IMG/VR virus record: IMGVR_UViG_3300045988_177631
Strand: one strand, 5' to 3'
Origin: a virus
DNA length: 39,491 nucleotides
Position 1 is the first letter of the stretch, and every line of letters starts with the position of its first letter. A program made the position numbers and the translations under genes. The notes beneath the pieces were generated by a model. That model was not told the DNA's origin. It searched no databases and saw only the letters and a list, made by a program, of their open reading frames with translations. Below are positions 16,168 through 24,706 of the stretch, piece after piece.

Positions 16168-16979
16168 AAGCAAAGAAACCTCATGACGCCCCGCGCGTCA
16201 TCGCCCTTGACATCGAGACTGCCCCATGTGTCGCCTACGTCTGGCGCACTGGCAAGCAGGTCATTGGTATCGACCACATCCAACAGGAGTCCACCCTGAT
16301 CTCATTCTCGTGGGCAGAATGGGAGTTTGGCAGGGTCAAGAAAGCCAAGTACCTCTCCACCTTCGAGCAGGCCAACCAGCGGGATGACAAGCGGCTGGTC
16401 ACAGCCCTGTGGGAGATCCTGAAGGGTGCCACCCATGTGATTGCCCACAACGGGGCACGGTTCGATTGGCCGATGATCAATGGGGCGTTCTATCGCTGCG
16501 GGCTGTCCCCTCTGCCCAAGCCCAAGATCCTGGACACGATGCTGATGGCTCGCCAGATCGGCGGCCAAGCCTCCTACAAACTGGCGTGGCTAACCAAGGA
16601 CCAGGCCCGGTCCAAGCGGTCACACTCCAAGTTCCCGGGGCTGCAGCTCTGGATCGAGTGGCTGAACCGCAATCCGGCTGCCGAGCGTGAGATGCGGCTC
16701 TACAACAACATGGACGTTGAGGCCATGTGCGAGCTGCTGAACCGTGTCCTGCCATGGGCTCGTGGCCCGCAGTTTGCTGGCCTGGTGCCGCAGTCCGAGG
16801 GTCGCGAAGAGGAGGCTCATCACTGCCCCCGCTGTGGATCGGCCGATATCGTGCCCCGCGGCTTCACCACCACCGTGGCCGGCCGTTACCAGCGATACCG
16901 CTGCTCCGACTGCGGTGGCTGGTCACAGTCCCGGTTCCTGGTCCATGAGAAGCGGAAACACCTACTGAAGACCATCTGA
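16164..16979 (+). CDS. DnaQ-like DEDD 3-5 exonuclease (RNase H fold) with C-terminal zinc ribbon
   Basis: ORF track 271 aa. ALDIET, HNGARFDWPMI and YNNMDVEA motifs. CPRC...CSDC zinc ribbon. Confidence 0.65.
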   Translation: MKAKKPHDAPRVIALDIETAPCVAYVWRTGKQVIGIDHIQQESTLISFSWAEWEFGRVKKAKYLSTFEQANQRDDKRLVTALWEILKGATHVIAHNGARFDWPMINGAFYRCGLSPLPKPKILDTMLMARQIGGQASYKLAWLTKDQARSKRSHSKFPGLQLWIEWLNRNPAAEREMRLYNNMDVEAMCELLNRVLPWARGPQFAGLVPQSEGREEEAHHCPRCGSADIVPRGFTTTVAGRYQRYRCSDCGGWSQSRFLVHEKRKHLLKTI

Positions 16980-16985
16980 TGAATA

Positions 16986-17001
16986 CCCCGCTCCGGCGGG
17001 G
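16986..17001 (+). terminator. Candidate terminator hairpin (weak T tract)
   Basis: CCCCGC-tccg-GCGGGG followed by ttgact. Confidence 0.35.
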
Positions 17002-17022
17002 TTGACTCATACGGGGTAGCAA

Positions 17023-17202
17023 ATGAATGCTGACGTAATCGCCTTTGTCCTGCTTGTGCTCGATGCTCTGCTGTTTGTCGCCGGCATCATCATTCTGACT
17101 GCAGCCAGGATTCATGACGAGGAGGTGAGGCTGGCGTTGTTGGCCTCCCTGCCCATTGTAGGCCGGCTGCTAGCGGCCGCCTACCGCCGGTTCGACCGAT
17201 AG
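17023..17202 (+). CDS. Small membrane protein (59 aa)
   Basis: One residue below the ORF-track cutoff. MNADVIAFVLLVLDALLFVAGIIILTAA. Confidence 0.5.
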   Translation: MNADVIAFVLLVLDALLFVAGIIILTAARIHDEEVRLALLASLPIVGRLLAAAYRRFDR

Positions 17203-17209
17203 ACGGTGG

Positions 17210-17238
17210 TTGATACGCGTGATGAGATGGGGCAAAAT
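17210..17238 (+). promoter_or_regulatory. Candidate promoter TTGATA-N17-CAAAAT
   Basis: Read directly. Weaker match than the other promoters. Confidence 0.35.
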
Positions 17239-17277
17239 ACACCCCATCGACACACCAACTCTTCAACGGGTTTCATC

Positions 17278-17526
17278 ATGGATCGTCAAATCGCCCGCGG
17301 CTACGCCACCCAAGCCCTCTGCGCCGTTATCAGCAACAACGGTGTGCTGTACACCCAGGACTTCCGTGGCCGCAAAACCCCTGTTGCACAGTTCACCAAA
17401 GGCCTTGACAAGGTGAACCCCCTGAGCTACGATGCACACACACAAGCGATGGCCATCCTCAAGGCTCACCGCTACCTGGGCATCACGATGCCGGTTTTCT
17501 TCGAAACCGAGCTGAGTGAAGTCTGA
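17278..17526 (+). CDS. Hypothetical protein
   Basis: Internal ATG of ORF 17206..17526. 82 aa. Confidence 0.5.
   Translation: MDRQIARGYATQALCAVISNNGVLYTQDFRGRKTPVAQFTKGLDKVNPLSYDAHTQAMAILKAHRYLGITMPVFFETELSEV
17405..17433 (+). promoter_or_regulatory. Sigma70-like promoter TTGACA-N17-TACGAT (inside the preceding CDS)
   Basis: Read directly. Confidence 0.45.
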
Positions 17527-17596
17527 ATGCAGCAAACATCGCGCCTCACACAGGCGTGTGAATTGAAACGACTCAACCACACTTGGAGCAAACACC

Positions 17597-17902
17597 ATGT
17601 TCACCAAACTCGTTCCCGACGCATCCTCGGTCCGCGTCTCCCCGTCCTCCGGCATCATCGACTCCGCTGAGCACGTTGTCATCCAGCCGGGGCAGGTTCA
17701 GAGGGTCGGCACCGGCCTGTTCACTGATCAGAGCCTGATCCTGGCCATCGACAAATACGAAGACGGCGTGCTCGATATGTGCGAGCTGCTGACCACGGCC
17801 GTCCCTGCTGACCGCGAGGTGAGGGTTGCCATCCTGAATCGCGGCACGGATCCCGTCACAATTCCGGTCGGCTACAGCTTCCTCGAGTTCCTCGAGATCT
17901 GA
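17597..17902 (+). CDS. Hypothetical beta-rich protein (faint dUTPase-fold resemblance, unverified)
   Basis: ORF track 101 aa. Confidence 0.55.
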   Translation: MFTKLVPDASSVRVSPSSGIIDSAEHVVIQPGQVQRVGTGLFTDQSLILAIDKYEDGVLDMCELLTTAVPADREVRVAILNRGTDPVTIPVGYSFLEFLEI

Positions 17903-17909
17903 TGCAACA

Positions 17910-17936
17910 AGGGCCCTTCGGGGCCCTCCCCTTTTT
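17910..17936 (+). terminator. Intrinsic terminator
   Basis: AGGGCCC-ttcg-GGGCCCT followed by cccctttttcc. Confidence 0.7.
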
Positions 17937-17954
17937 CCAAGGAGTCACTCAATC

Positions 17955-18383
17955 ATGATGACCACCACAACCTACGGCTTTCGGGCCGAAGAGGATCGGA
18001 TGCGGGACAGTGATGACCGCTCCGAAGCCCGTGCTCGCCGCGAGGCCCTGGTCTGGGGCGCTCTTCAGGCCATCAAGCAGCCACAGCTCCGTGAGACGGC
18101 CTACGATGCCCTGGAGCCCGAGATCAACGATAACGACGTCACCCCTGGTTGGTTCCAGGTTGGCCACTACATCGTCGGCGTTGATAATCACGATGGCCTC
18201 CGGGTTGCCGTCCACCAAATCCAACCCCATCAGCGAGACCTGATTGGCGCGGAGGGCTTGACACAGCGGCCCGGGGACCTTGGGGCCCAGGGCGGATTCA
18301 CCTGGAGCGAGCGGATCGGAAACGCGCAGTGTCACGCTCGATTCCATGAGAATGAGTTCATCGTCAACATCACCAGGAGATAA
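17955..18383 (+). CDS. Hypothetical protein
   Basis: ORF track 142 aa. aaggag RBS. Confidence 0.6.
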   Translation: MMTTTTYGFRAEEDRMRDSDDRSEARARREALVWGALQAIKQPQLRETAYDALEPEINDNDVTPGWFQVGHYIVGVDNHDGLRVAVHQIQPHQRDLIGAEGLTQRPGDLGAQGGFTWSERIGNAQCHARFHENEFIVNITRR

Positions 18384-18388
18384 GCCCC

Positions 18389-18781
18389 ATGTGCGCGCTT
18401 CGCCTCTTCCTCGTCTACGCAGCCATCGCTGCCTTCGCCCTGATCCATTCCTGCTCTGTGCGCGCCACCGAGTCGGCCCACCAGGGCGCTGTGGCCGCCA
18501 ACTGGTGCAACTACCTCGGTCCGGATTGTCAGCCGTATGGACTCTCTCCCAAGGGGTACATCGTGTTCCAGTACCTGACCTCGCCCGAGAGTATGCCGAG
18601 CAAGCACAGGAGCATTGCCTCTCACGAGCTCTCTACCGTCGAGACCGATGTGGCTGCCGGGGATCCCGCCACCTGTGCACGGGGGCGTGATATTGCCAAG
18701 GCCATGCGAGGATCCCCGTCGCCCGACATGAAGCGCCGTGGTCGAGAGCTGTTTGACCTCATCGGCGAGAAATGCGATTGA
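18389..18781 (+). CDS. Cys-containing exported protein
   Basis: ORF track 130 aa. N-terminal hydrophobic signal LFLVYAAIAAFALIHSCSVRA. Confidence 0.55.
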   Translation: MCALRLFLVYAAIAAFALIHSCSVRATESAHQGAVAANWCNYLGPDCQPYGLSPKGYIVFQYLTSPESMPSKHRSIASHELSTVETDVAAGDPATCARGRDIAKAMRGSPSPDMKRRGRELFDLIGEKCD

Positions 18782-18804
18782 ATGGAGTCAATGGATACGA
18801 GAAA

Positions 18805-18828
18805 GGGGGTAGTATTACCCCCTTTTTT
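18805..18828. terminator. Bidirectional intrinsic terminator at the convergence of the early and late arms
   Basis: GGGGGTA-gtat-TACCCCC flanked by an A tract upstream and a T6 tract downstream. Confidence 0.8.
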
Positions 18829-19286
18829 CATTTCTGGACCTGTTGCACGTACGCCCAGCAGGCATCCGCCCAGGCCCTCAGTTCGTCCGCTCTGTCGGCC
18901 TCTCCCCGAAGAAACGCTCCAGCCTCATCCGAAAGTCGCCATCCGGCGGCGCCTCCTGGAGTGCTGATGGTGTGACCGGTGCCACTGGCGTTGCGGTCGT
19001 GCAGGCTACCAGTGTGCTTGCCAGCATCAGCCCGCAGACGACGGAGCTCGGCCCGATACTTCCGGTCGATCTGCTGTGCACGCTGCAGTCCTGCGCGCTC
19101 AGCCCTGGCGATCTGCTCCAGCGCCCGGATGTGTTGGGCATCACTCTTCGCCTCGTGCCACTGGTGTATTGCCAGCATCCCCAGGATTGCCGCCACCCCG
19201 TGGGTCAGCGCCCACATGGGCAGGCGTCTGGCGGATGATGCGAGCAATGATGATAGCGAGGCCAATCCACTTGCCAAAGTCATCAC
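18828..19286 (-). CDS. Rz: Rz-like i-spanin
   Basis: ORF track 152 aa. N-terminal TM segment, then an Arg/Glu/Ala coiled coil. Last gene of the lysis cassette. The true start may be Met24 (19217). Confidence 0.65.
   Translation of the reverse strand: MMTLASGLASLSSLLASSARRLPMWALTHGVAAILGMLAIHQWHEAKSDAQHIRALEQIARAERAGLQRAQQIDRKYRAELRRLRADAGKHTGSLHDRNASGTGHTISTPGGAAGWRLSDEAGAFLRGEADRADELRAWADACWAYVQQVQK
18878..19027 (-). CDS. Rz1: Rz1-like o-spanin lipoprotein embedded in Rz in another frame
   Basis: Part of ORF 18878..19144. MLASTLVAC lipobox followed by a Pro-rich segment. The start codon is uncertain. Confidence 0.45.
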   Translation of the reverse strand: MLASTLVACTTATPVAPVTPSALQEAPPDGDFRMRLERFFGERPTERTN

Positions 19287-19404
19287 CCAGGTACTCCTTC
19301 AGTTCGGGCAGGTAACCCCCTGCCACCTCCAGTGCCACCAGTGCTGCAGCTACCTGCACGCTGAACAGCCTGTACGCTTGCTTCCAGTCATCAATCAGCA
19401 TCAT
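19141..19404 (-). CDS. Holin-like two-TM protein
   Basis: ORF track 87 aa. Two hydrophobic segments. Immediately downstream of the endolysin. Its 3-prime end overlaps Rz. Confidence 0.5.
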   Translation of the reverse strand: MMLIDDWKQAYRLFSVQVAAALVALEVAGGYLPELKEYLGDDFGKWIGLAIIIARIIRQTPAHVGADPRGGGNPGDAGNTPVARGEE

Positions 19405-19814
19405 CTTTCCACCTCAAAGTGCGGTCCATCGAAGAATTTGGCGGCCAGGAAGGGGTAATCACTGCACTTCGGCCCACTGATCCAGCGCCAGGAACCGCCC
19501 CAGCGTACCGGCAACCCGAACTCCAGCGCTACCTGTGCAAAGGTCCGTGCCAGCTCTGTGTAGGCCTTCGGGGTCCAGTCCGGCTTGCCACCCGGCATCA
19601 CAACCAGGTCCACTGCGTGGCCAGTCAAGTGCTTGCTGTCCAAGACCTTGGATTTGCCGGCCGCCACGAGCTCCTTCTGGCGAGCCGCTGTGCGAAGCCC
19701 TTCAGTCACATGGCACTCGACAGGGTGGCGCAAGATCACCTGCAGGGCCACCGCGGCCAGCACGGTATCCACGCCTTTGAGGCGCTCTAGGTCTCTCTCG
19801 TTCGGCTTAGCCAC
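19401..19814 (-). CDS. Endolysin, peptidase M15 (VanY/L-Ala-D-Glu peptidase type)
   Basis: ORF track 137 aa. SKHLTGHAVDL and DGPHFE zinc-ligand motifs. Confidence 0.8.
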   Translation of the reverse strand: MAKPNERDLERLKGVDTVLAAVALQVILRHPVECHVTEGLRTAARQKELVAAGKSKVLDSKHLTGHAVDLVVMPGGKPDWTPKAYTELARTFAQVALEFGLPVRWGGSWRWISGPKCSDYPFLAAKFFDGPHFEVER

Positions 19815-20088
19815 GGCGTTGGCTCTCCATTCGGTCCTCGAGGCGCGACAGCTGCCCCGTCTGTTGGCGCATCATTGCGATGACCTGCCCCATCTGGGCG
19901 GACAGGCGCTCGATCTCGCTGCGACTCACGGCCTCCTTCTGGGCCTCCACGCGGGCCTGCATCACGCGGCGCTCAAGATCGGACAGCTGATCAGACTGCT
20001 TGGTGATGCGCGCTTGAATGGTCGCCACCCACGCCAGAGCGAACGGAGTGAGGATTGATGCCAGACGCTGAAGGTCGTTGAGGTCCAT
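19807..20088 (-). CDS. Membrane-anchored coiled-coil protein (possible holin/antiholin)
   Basis: ORF track 93 aa. One hydrophobic segment ILTPFALAWVATI, then a coiled coil. Confidence 0.45.
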   Translation of the reverse strand: MDLNDLQRLASILTPFALAWVATIQARITKQSDQLSDLERRVMQARVEAQKEAVSRSEIERLSAQMGQVIAMMRQQTGQLSRLEDRMESQRRG

Positions 20089-20140
20089 CTGATGTCGCCT
20101 GTCGCGAAAATGACACGGGCCGGAGATCCCGGCCCGATAG

Positions 20141-20149
20141 ATTCTAGCA
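20141..20149 (-). promoter_or_regulatory. Candidate late promoter, extended -10 TGCTAGAAT
   Basis: The same 9-mer lies upstream of terS (36882-36890). Followed by a 7-bp hairpin at 20117-20135. Confidence 0.4.
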
Positions 20150-20159
20150 CAGGCGGGAT

Positions 20160-20870
20160 TTACGCCTGCTGGCCGATGGCCACCCAGCGCCCCGGCGGGG
20201 GCGAGTGGAACAGCGTGAAGCCGACCACGCGGTTGCCCTCGACCAGGAACTCGTAGCGGGGGTAGTTCACATCCCCTTGCAGCGAAAAGAAGATCACCGG
20301 GTCACGGGTCAGCGCCACTCCGAACCTGTGCGTGCGGTTTGTGATATCACCACCCGGCGGGTTCATCGGGCCGGCCTGCATGATCGGGTTGGATTCGTAC
20401 ACGCCGCCTACCACGCCGATGCGGCGCTCCAGCCCCGGATCCACAAACGAACGGCGCCAGTTCTCGAGGCCGGTGAGACGCCCGTTATGATCAGACCGCA
20501 GGTTGTTGATCGACGTCGTGTTGGCGTTGGCTGAGGCCTGGGCTGTTCTGCCCAGGTTGGCGGCGTCGTTGATCGGCGCCTGCGTCATCCGGGTGATCTC
20601 GGCGCGAGTCGCGTCACGGGTCATCAAGTGGTTGACTGCACTGGATGCCGAGGATGCGTTACCGCCGGTCACGTTGGCCAGGGTTGCCATCGTTGCAACC
20701 TCGTGACCGGTCGTTCGCACAAGACGGTTCCCGATGGACGAGATCCATTCCTGTGATGGCTGGGCGCCGGTCCATGCGGTCAGGTCGCGGGCCAGCTTTC
20801 CGCTGGACGTGACGTTTGTGCGACGCAGCAGCTCGCGCAGTTGATTCTCTTCGGTAGCGGTCAGCGCCAT
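20160..20870 (-). CDS. Tail fiber / receptor-binding protein (distal)
   Basis: ORF track 236 aa. Assigned from its position after the baseplate and fiber genes. Confidence 0.5.
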   Translation of the reverse strand: MALTATEENQLRELLRRTNVTSSGKLARDLTAWTGAQPSQEWISSIGNRLVRTTGHEVATMATLANVTGGNASSASSAVNHLMTRDATRAEITRMTQAPINDAANLGRTAQASANANTTSINNLRSDHNGRLTGLENWRRSFVDPGLERRIGVVGGVYESNPIMQAGPMNPPGGDITNRTHRFGVALTRDPVIFFSLQGDVNYPRYEFLVEGNRVVGFTLFHSPPPGRWVAIGQQA

Positions 20871-20872
20871 GA

Positions 20873-21346
20873 TTAGGGTGCCTCGGTCAAGGGTTGAATG
20901 AGTACGTGCTTGGACGCGCTACCACAGGTCGTGTTGACGTTGATGTTGATGACGTCCGCCGCCACAACTACCCCGTTGATAGGTGCGGCGGTACTGCCCA
21001 CGCGGTAGTTTGGCATCGGCACGAGCTTGCGGTTGGACAGCGAGCCATCGTCAGCAAAGCCGCGAATCTCGAAGGCCTTGATGATTTGAGTTGCGTCCAC
21101 ACGGTAGGCGAACAGGTTCGGGATCGAGATCTGGCCGGAATCCGGCTTGGCCATGTAGAACGGCGCGGACACGGTCAGCTGAGAGAACAGCCAGTTGAAC
21201 CACTCGGCCACCACGGGGGTTCCGATTCGCCCCGGGCGCGCCCCCATAAAACCCGCCGCCATGATCGAGCGCGGCGGAGTGCGGTGGTTGTTGTACTGAC
21301 TGTTCGCCGGATTCGACGATTCGTCACTGGGTGCGAAGTGTTTCAT
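20873..21346 (-). CDS. Tail fiber protein (proximal part)
   Basis: ORF track 157 aa. GTPVVAEWFNWLF resembles the conserved N-terminal fiber motif. Confidence 0.5.
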   Translation of the reverse strand: MKHFAPSDESSNPANSQYNNHRTPPRSIMAAGFMGARPGRIGTPVVAEWFNWLFSQLTVSAPFYMAKPDSGQISIPNLFAYRVDATQIIKAFEIRGFADDGSLSNRKLVPMPNYRVGSTAAPINGVVVAADVININVNTTCGSASKHVLIQPLTEAP

Positions 21347-21961
21347 TTAGGCCCTTCTGGTTTCAAATTCCGTCAACCACTGGATCGAGGTGAATCCGCG
21401 AGAGATTGGTTCCTCAAATGCCAGGGCGTCGGTCAGCAGGATTGTACCATCAGAATCCAGAAGAGCCGTCTCACCCTCGTTGGTCAGCAACCCGGGGAGA
21501 GAAGGTACGAGCGACGTGAACCCAGACAGTGACTCCCGTGCAATTGTCGGGTTAACGCGGGGGCGCACAGTGAAGGAGAACCGCGAGTCCGGCGTTTCGG
21601 TGTAGATGTTCCACGGATTCAGGTCATCTTCCCGCCAGACGATCCCGGAAAAGAATCCGTCGTTGGCAACTGTGACCTGGCCGCCCAGCACGCCGATATG
21701 GTCAACGCGCGGCCGCGCCCAGCCGTGGTTGACGTAGTTCCCACCGGCGTTCATTTCCCGGTACCGAAGAATGAATCCGGGGTACTCAAGATGATCGGGC
21801 GCCAGTTTTGATGCGCTGTTGTACGTACCACGGGAGGTGTCCTGGGGTCCGAGCGCAACGCGCGGGACACTCGACCGAGGAAACACCTCGGCCAAGGTAC
21901 GAGCCAGGGCCGAGAGCCTGGGCTTCTGCAGGCTCTGTTGCAGCCAGGTCAGCTGGTCCAT
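21347..21961 (-). CDS. Baseplate/tail protein, gpI-like
   Basis: ORF track 204 aa. Immediately follows the baseplate J gene. Confidence 0.5.
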   Translation of the reverse strand: MDQLTWLQQSLQKPRLSALARTLAEVFPRSSVPRVALGPQDTSRGTYNSASKLAPDHLEYPGFILRYREMNAGGNYVNHGWARPRVDHIGVLGGQVTVANDGFFSGIVWREDDLNPWNIYTETPDSRFSFTVRPRVNPTIARESLSGFTSLVPSLPGLLTNEGETALLDSDGTILLTDALAFEEPISRGFTSIQWLTEFETRRA

Positions 21962-23133
21962 GTGATGGTACCCACTTCGGAGGTTCTGGCGTCAGCCGGG
22001 AGACTCGGTGAGCCATTGAGAAGGATCGTGCAGTCCAGCAGCCACGGCAGTTCGTTGGCCAGCACAGCGGCGATCTTCTGGCCGTAGATGACGCCGGGCT
22101 TGACGACTTCGCGGCGGATGATGGCGTCGGCTGCCAGGTTGTTGCGAACTTGTCCGGGCACAACCGTAACCGCTTGAATGGTCACGTCCACCATGCGGGT
22201 GGCGGACACAATCCACCGCTCGCCTGAGTCTGCGTCAAAGTATCCGCCGGTTTCCGGGGCCCAGGTCGGTATGCCGGCAGGGCGTGCACGCTTGATGGCT
22301 GCACCCGCCTTGGCCGCATTCACCGGGGCGTGGAAAGCGATCGTGATTGTGCCCGGGGGTTGTCCTTGCGGAGACAAGGATGGAGCAAGCCACTCACCCA
22401 CCGTGGCCGGCATACCCTCAGCGACCAGGGCCGCCTCGATGGCTGCGATCGTGCCGCCGATCAACTGTGTCTGCGGGCGGACCCGGGCCCGAAGGGAGTC
22501 GTCTGACTCGTCGTCCACGTTACCAGATGACCGCATCGGCGGGTTCGGGGCCACGACCTGCCAACCGTCCCCGGTGACGTCAGACGGACGGGTGTCAAAC
22601 TCCACGTACGACAGGTCAGTGGCCCCGATAGCCTCCAGTGCCACGGGGGCGCCGTACACCGTGTCACGATGGATCAAGATGTCACCGCGAGCCACCAGAT
22701 TTTTCGATGACATCAGGGCGGACTCTGATGTTGCCGCGCCCGGATACCTAATCGATGACCTGAGGTAGCCAAACCGGCCCGCGGAGCGTTTGGTGATGTT
22801 GCCCGATGATCCGCTGTCAAACTTGACCACGTCCGGTGGGGTGCCAATCACGAATGCGGAGTACAGGGGCGTAGTGCCGCGCCGGCGCTGCACGTCGACA
22901 ATTGCGGCAATATCGTCCAGGGCTGCCCCAGTTGCCGTGGCCAGTTTGCTTTGCAGATAGGCGTGTTCGGCGTACTCGTAGGACAGGGCGGCCTCTTCGG
23001 CCACGATGTCCAACAGTTGCCCGAGAGCCGAATCTCTGCCTGTGTCTGCGTCGGGTATCGAAGCAACGATTCGCTCCGAGAGCCGCTGCCGGATGTCGGA
23101 GACGTTGGGCGCCCCTTGTGTCACATCAAACAT
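21949..23133 (-). CDS. Baseplate J-like protein
   Basis: ORF track 394 aa. Size and position match, and the N-terminal region is typical of Baseplate_J. Confidence 0.7.
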   Translation of the reverse strand: MFDVTQGAPNVSDIRQRLSERIVASIPDADTGRDSALGQLLDIVAEEAALSYEYAEHAYLQSKLATATGAALDDIAAIVDVQRRRGTTPLYSAFVIGTPPDVVKFDSGSSGNITKRSAGRFGYLRSSIRYPGAATSESALMSSKNLVARGDILIHRDTVYGAPVALEAIGATDLSYVEFDTRPSDVTGDGWQVVAPNPPMRSSGNVDDESDDSLRARVRPQTQLIGGTIAAIEAALVAEGMPATVGEWLAPSLSPQGQPPGTITIAFHAPVNAAKAGAAIKRARPAGIPTWAPETGGYFDADSGERWIVSATRMVDVTIQAVTVVPGQVRNNLAADAIIRREVVKPGVIYGQKIAAVLANELPWLLDCTILLNGSPSLPADARTSEVGTITWTS

Positions 23134-23449
23134 TGATCGTCTGTCCTGTTCCGTTGATCTGCACGTCCACAGAGACTATCCGTGTGGTCGGGTCAATTCT
23201 AACACCCGTGATACCGAAGGTTGACACCCCTTTCACACGGGCGATGGCCGCAATGACCGCGCTCACGGCGTTCTGCTCCCGGCCGTGGGAGGCCAGTCTG
23301 TGCCAATCGGTGCCGCGATCTGGCTGGAGAGGGGACTCCCCCTTCCAGGCCTGAAGGGCGATCTTGCATGACTGGGCAATGGACTCATCATCCTCGGCCA
23401 GATTACCGTCAGCCAGGTCCCCATCGGCGTTGAGCTGAAAGTCCTTCAT
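23126..23449 (-). CDS. Baseplate wedge protein, gpW/gp25-like
   Basis: ORF track 107 aa. Lies between the V and J genes. Confidence 0.6.
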   Translation of the reverse strand: MKDFQLNADGDLADGNLAEDDESIAQSCKIALQAWKGESPLQPDRGTDWHRLASHGREQNAVSAVIAAIARVKGVSTFGITGVRIDPTTRIVSVDVQINGTGQTINV

Positions 23450-23976
23450 ACTACCGCCCCCGTGTTTCCGTCCTGAGCCGTGCCGTTGCTGTGCCTGTGG
23501 CTGGCCCCGATGTTCTTGTTGCCGTTGGTCATTGCCCCGGACACCGAGAGGCTACCCGTCACAGTCACGTTGCCGCGGAGGCTGATTGAGTTGGCCCGCA
23601 CAGTGGCTGATGTGCTTGTCAATGTGATGGAGCTTGCCCCGGCCTGCGCCGTGATTGACGACTCGCTGACCGTTACGTGCGATGCGCCGTGTCGCAAGGA
23701 CACAACCCCGGGTGCCGACACCGAGCATGGCAGGCAGTATGGTGATGTCTTGTCCTCGCCCGCAAATAGCAAGAGACACTCGTCACCCGCCATGGCTTGC
23801 ATAGCCAGGGAGGCGGATCCGGCGGATCCGGTCAGCGTTAGAATCCGGCAATCTTGCACATCTGGCCACGGGGCCTGGTCGTCACCGCGGCCATTGGGTG
23901 TCACCACGGCCAGCGCCCCCTTCACGGACCGAATGACGCCGGTCACGATCTGAACATCACTCACGCTCAACCTCAA
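23446..23976 (-). CDS. Baseplate assembly protein V / central spike
   Basis: ORF track 176 aa. OB-like N-terminus and a C-terminal beta-helical repeat SSITLTSTSATVRANSISLRGNVTVTGSLSVSG. Confidence 0.65.
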   Translation of the reverse strand: MRLSVSDVQIVTGVIRSVKGALAVVTPNGRGDDQAPWPDVQDCRILTLTGSAGSASLAMQAMAGDECLLLFAGEDKTSPYCLPCSVSAPGVVSLRHGASHVTVSESSITAQAGASSITLTSTSATVRANSISLRGNVTVTGSLSVSGAMTNGNKNIGASHRHSNGTAQDGNTGAVV

Positions 23977-24706
23977 TGGTTGTCAAGGATTCGTGCCATG
24001 TTATCACGTGGGTGACCTTGGTAACCCTGCCGGCCACACCGATCTCGCCCACGAGGCCCGATACCTTTGCGCCCACGTCGCACGGCGTGAGGGGGAGGAC
24101 TACGGTGGCCTTGACAACAACAGAGCCGTCGTCCAGGCGCTCTCTGCGGACCTGCGTCACGCCGTAGGCCGTCCGGTCGTTGATAGTCACCGCCGCCGCC
24201 TCGCCGCCGCACACGACGCCGGACGCCGTGACCGCCCACTTCCGCCCAAAGGTCTGCCGCATGGCGTCCCGCCACAGGCAGCTGAATGTGCGGGGGCAGG
24301 TTGGCAATACAGCCGAATCGGCGCCAATCACTGGCAACCCAGCCGCAGCCGCCACGGTTTGGGCCACCTGCTGAACCGGCGTGCTTGACGGGAATGACAG
24401 GGCCACGCGCAGGGTGTTCCATGTGGCTGCGTCCTCCCCGCCCGAGACCGTCAGCTCACCTGCCGTGACATCCCAGGCCACATTGACAACGTCAGCCGAA
24501 ATCGGCAGCACCGGATGCTCGATCCTGACCGTGTGATAGGCCCCACCCGTCGATTGCTGGCCAATGGCTCGAGGCACGTCCTGCAGCTTGACTGTCACAT
24601 CGGAGGCCTTGCCGTCCTCTGCTCGCACGACCTCGATTGAACTACAGGCTCCGATGAGGCGGTAGCTGCCGCCCTCGCCGACCAGCGTGATCACCACGTC
24701 TTGCAT
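23957..24706 (-). CDS. Baseplate hub-like protein
   Basis: ORF track 249 aa. Assigned from position. Confidence 0.45.
   Translation of the reverse strand: MQDVVITLVGEGGSYRLIGACSSIEVVRAEDGKASDVTVKLQDVPRAIGQQSTGGAYHTVRIEHPVLPISADVVNVAWDVTAGELTVSGGEDAATWNTLRVALSFPSSTPVQQVAQTVAAAAGLPVIGADSAVLPTCPRTFSCLWRDAMRQTFGRKWAVTASGVVCGGEAAAVTINDRTAYGVTQVRRERLDDGSVVVKATVVLPLTPCDVGAKVSGLVGEIGVAGRVTKVTHVITWHESLTTIEVERE

Noticed and set aside
10485-20520. CAG/CAA/GGN microsatellite-like run at 10485..10520 (cagcagcagcagcagcaa ggccaggggcaaggtcaa)
   Set aside because: It is in frame within the secreted protein gene and encodes QQQQQQGQGQGQ. This is a low-complexity linker, not an independent repeat element. The true span is 10485..10520; the end value 20520 given here is a typo.
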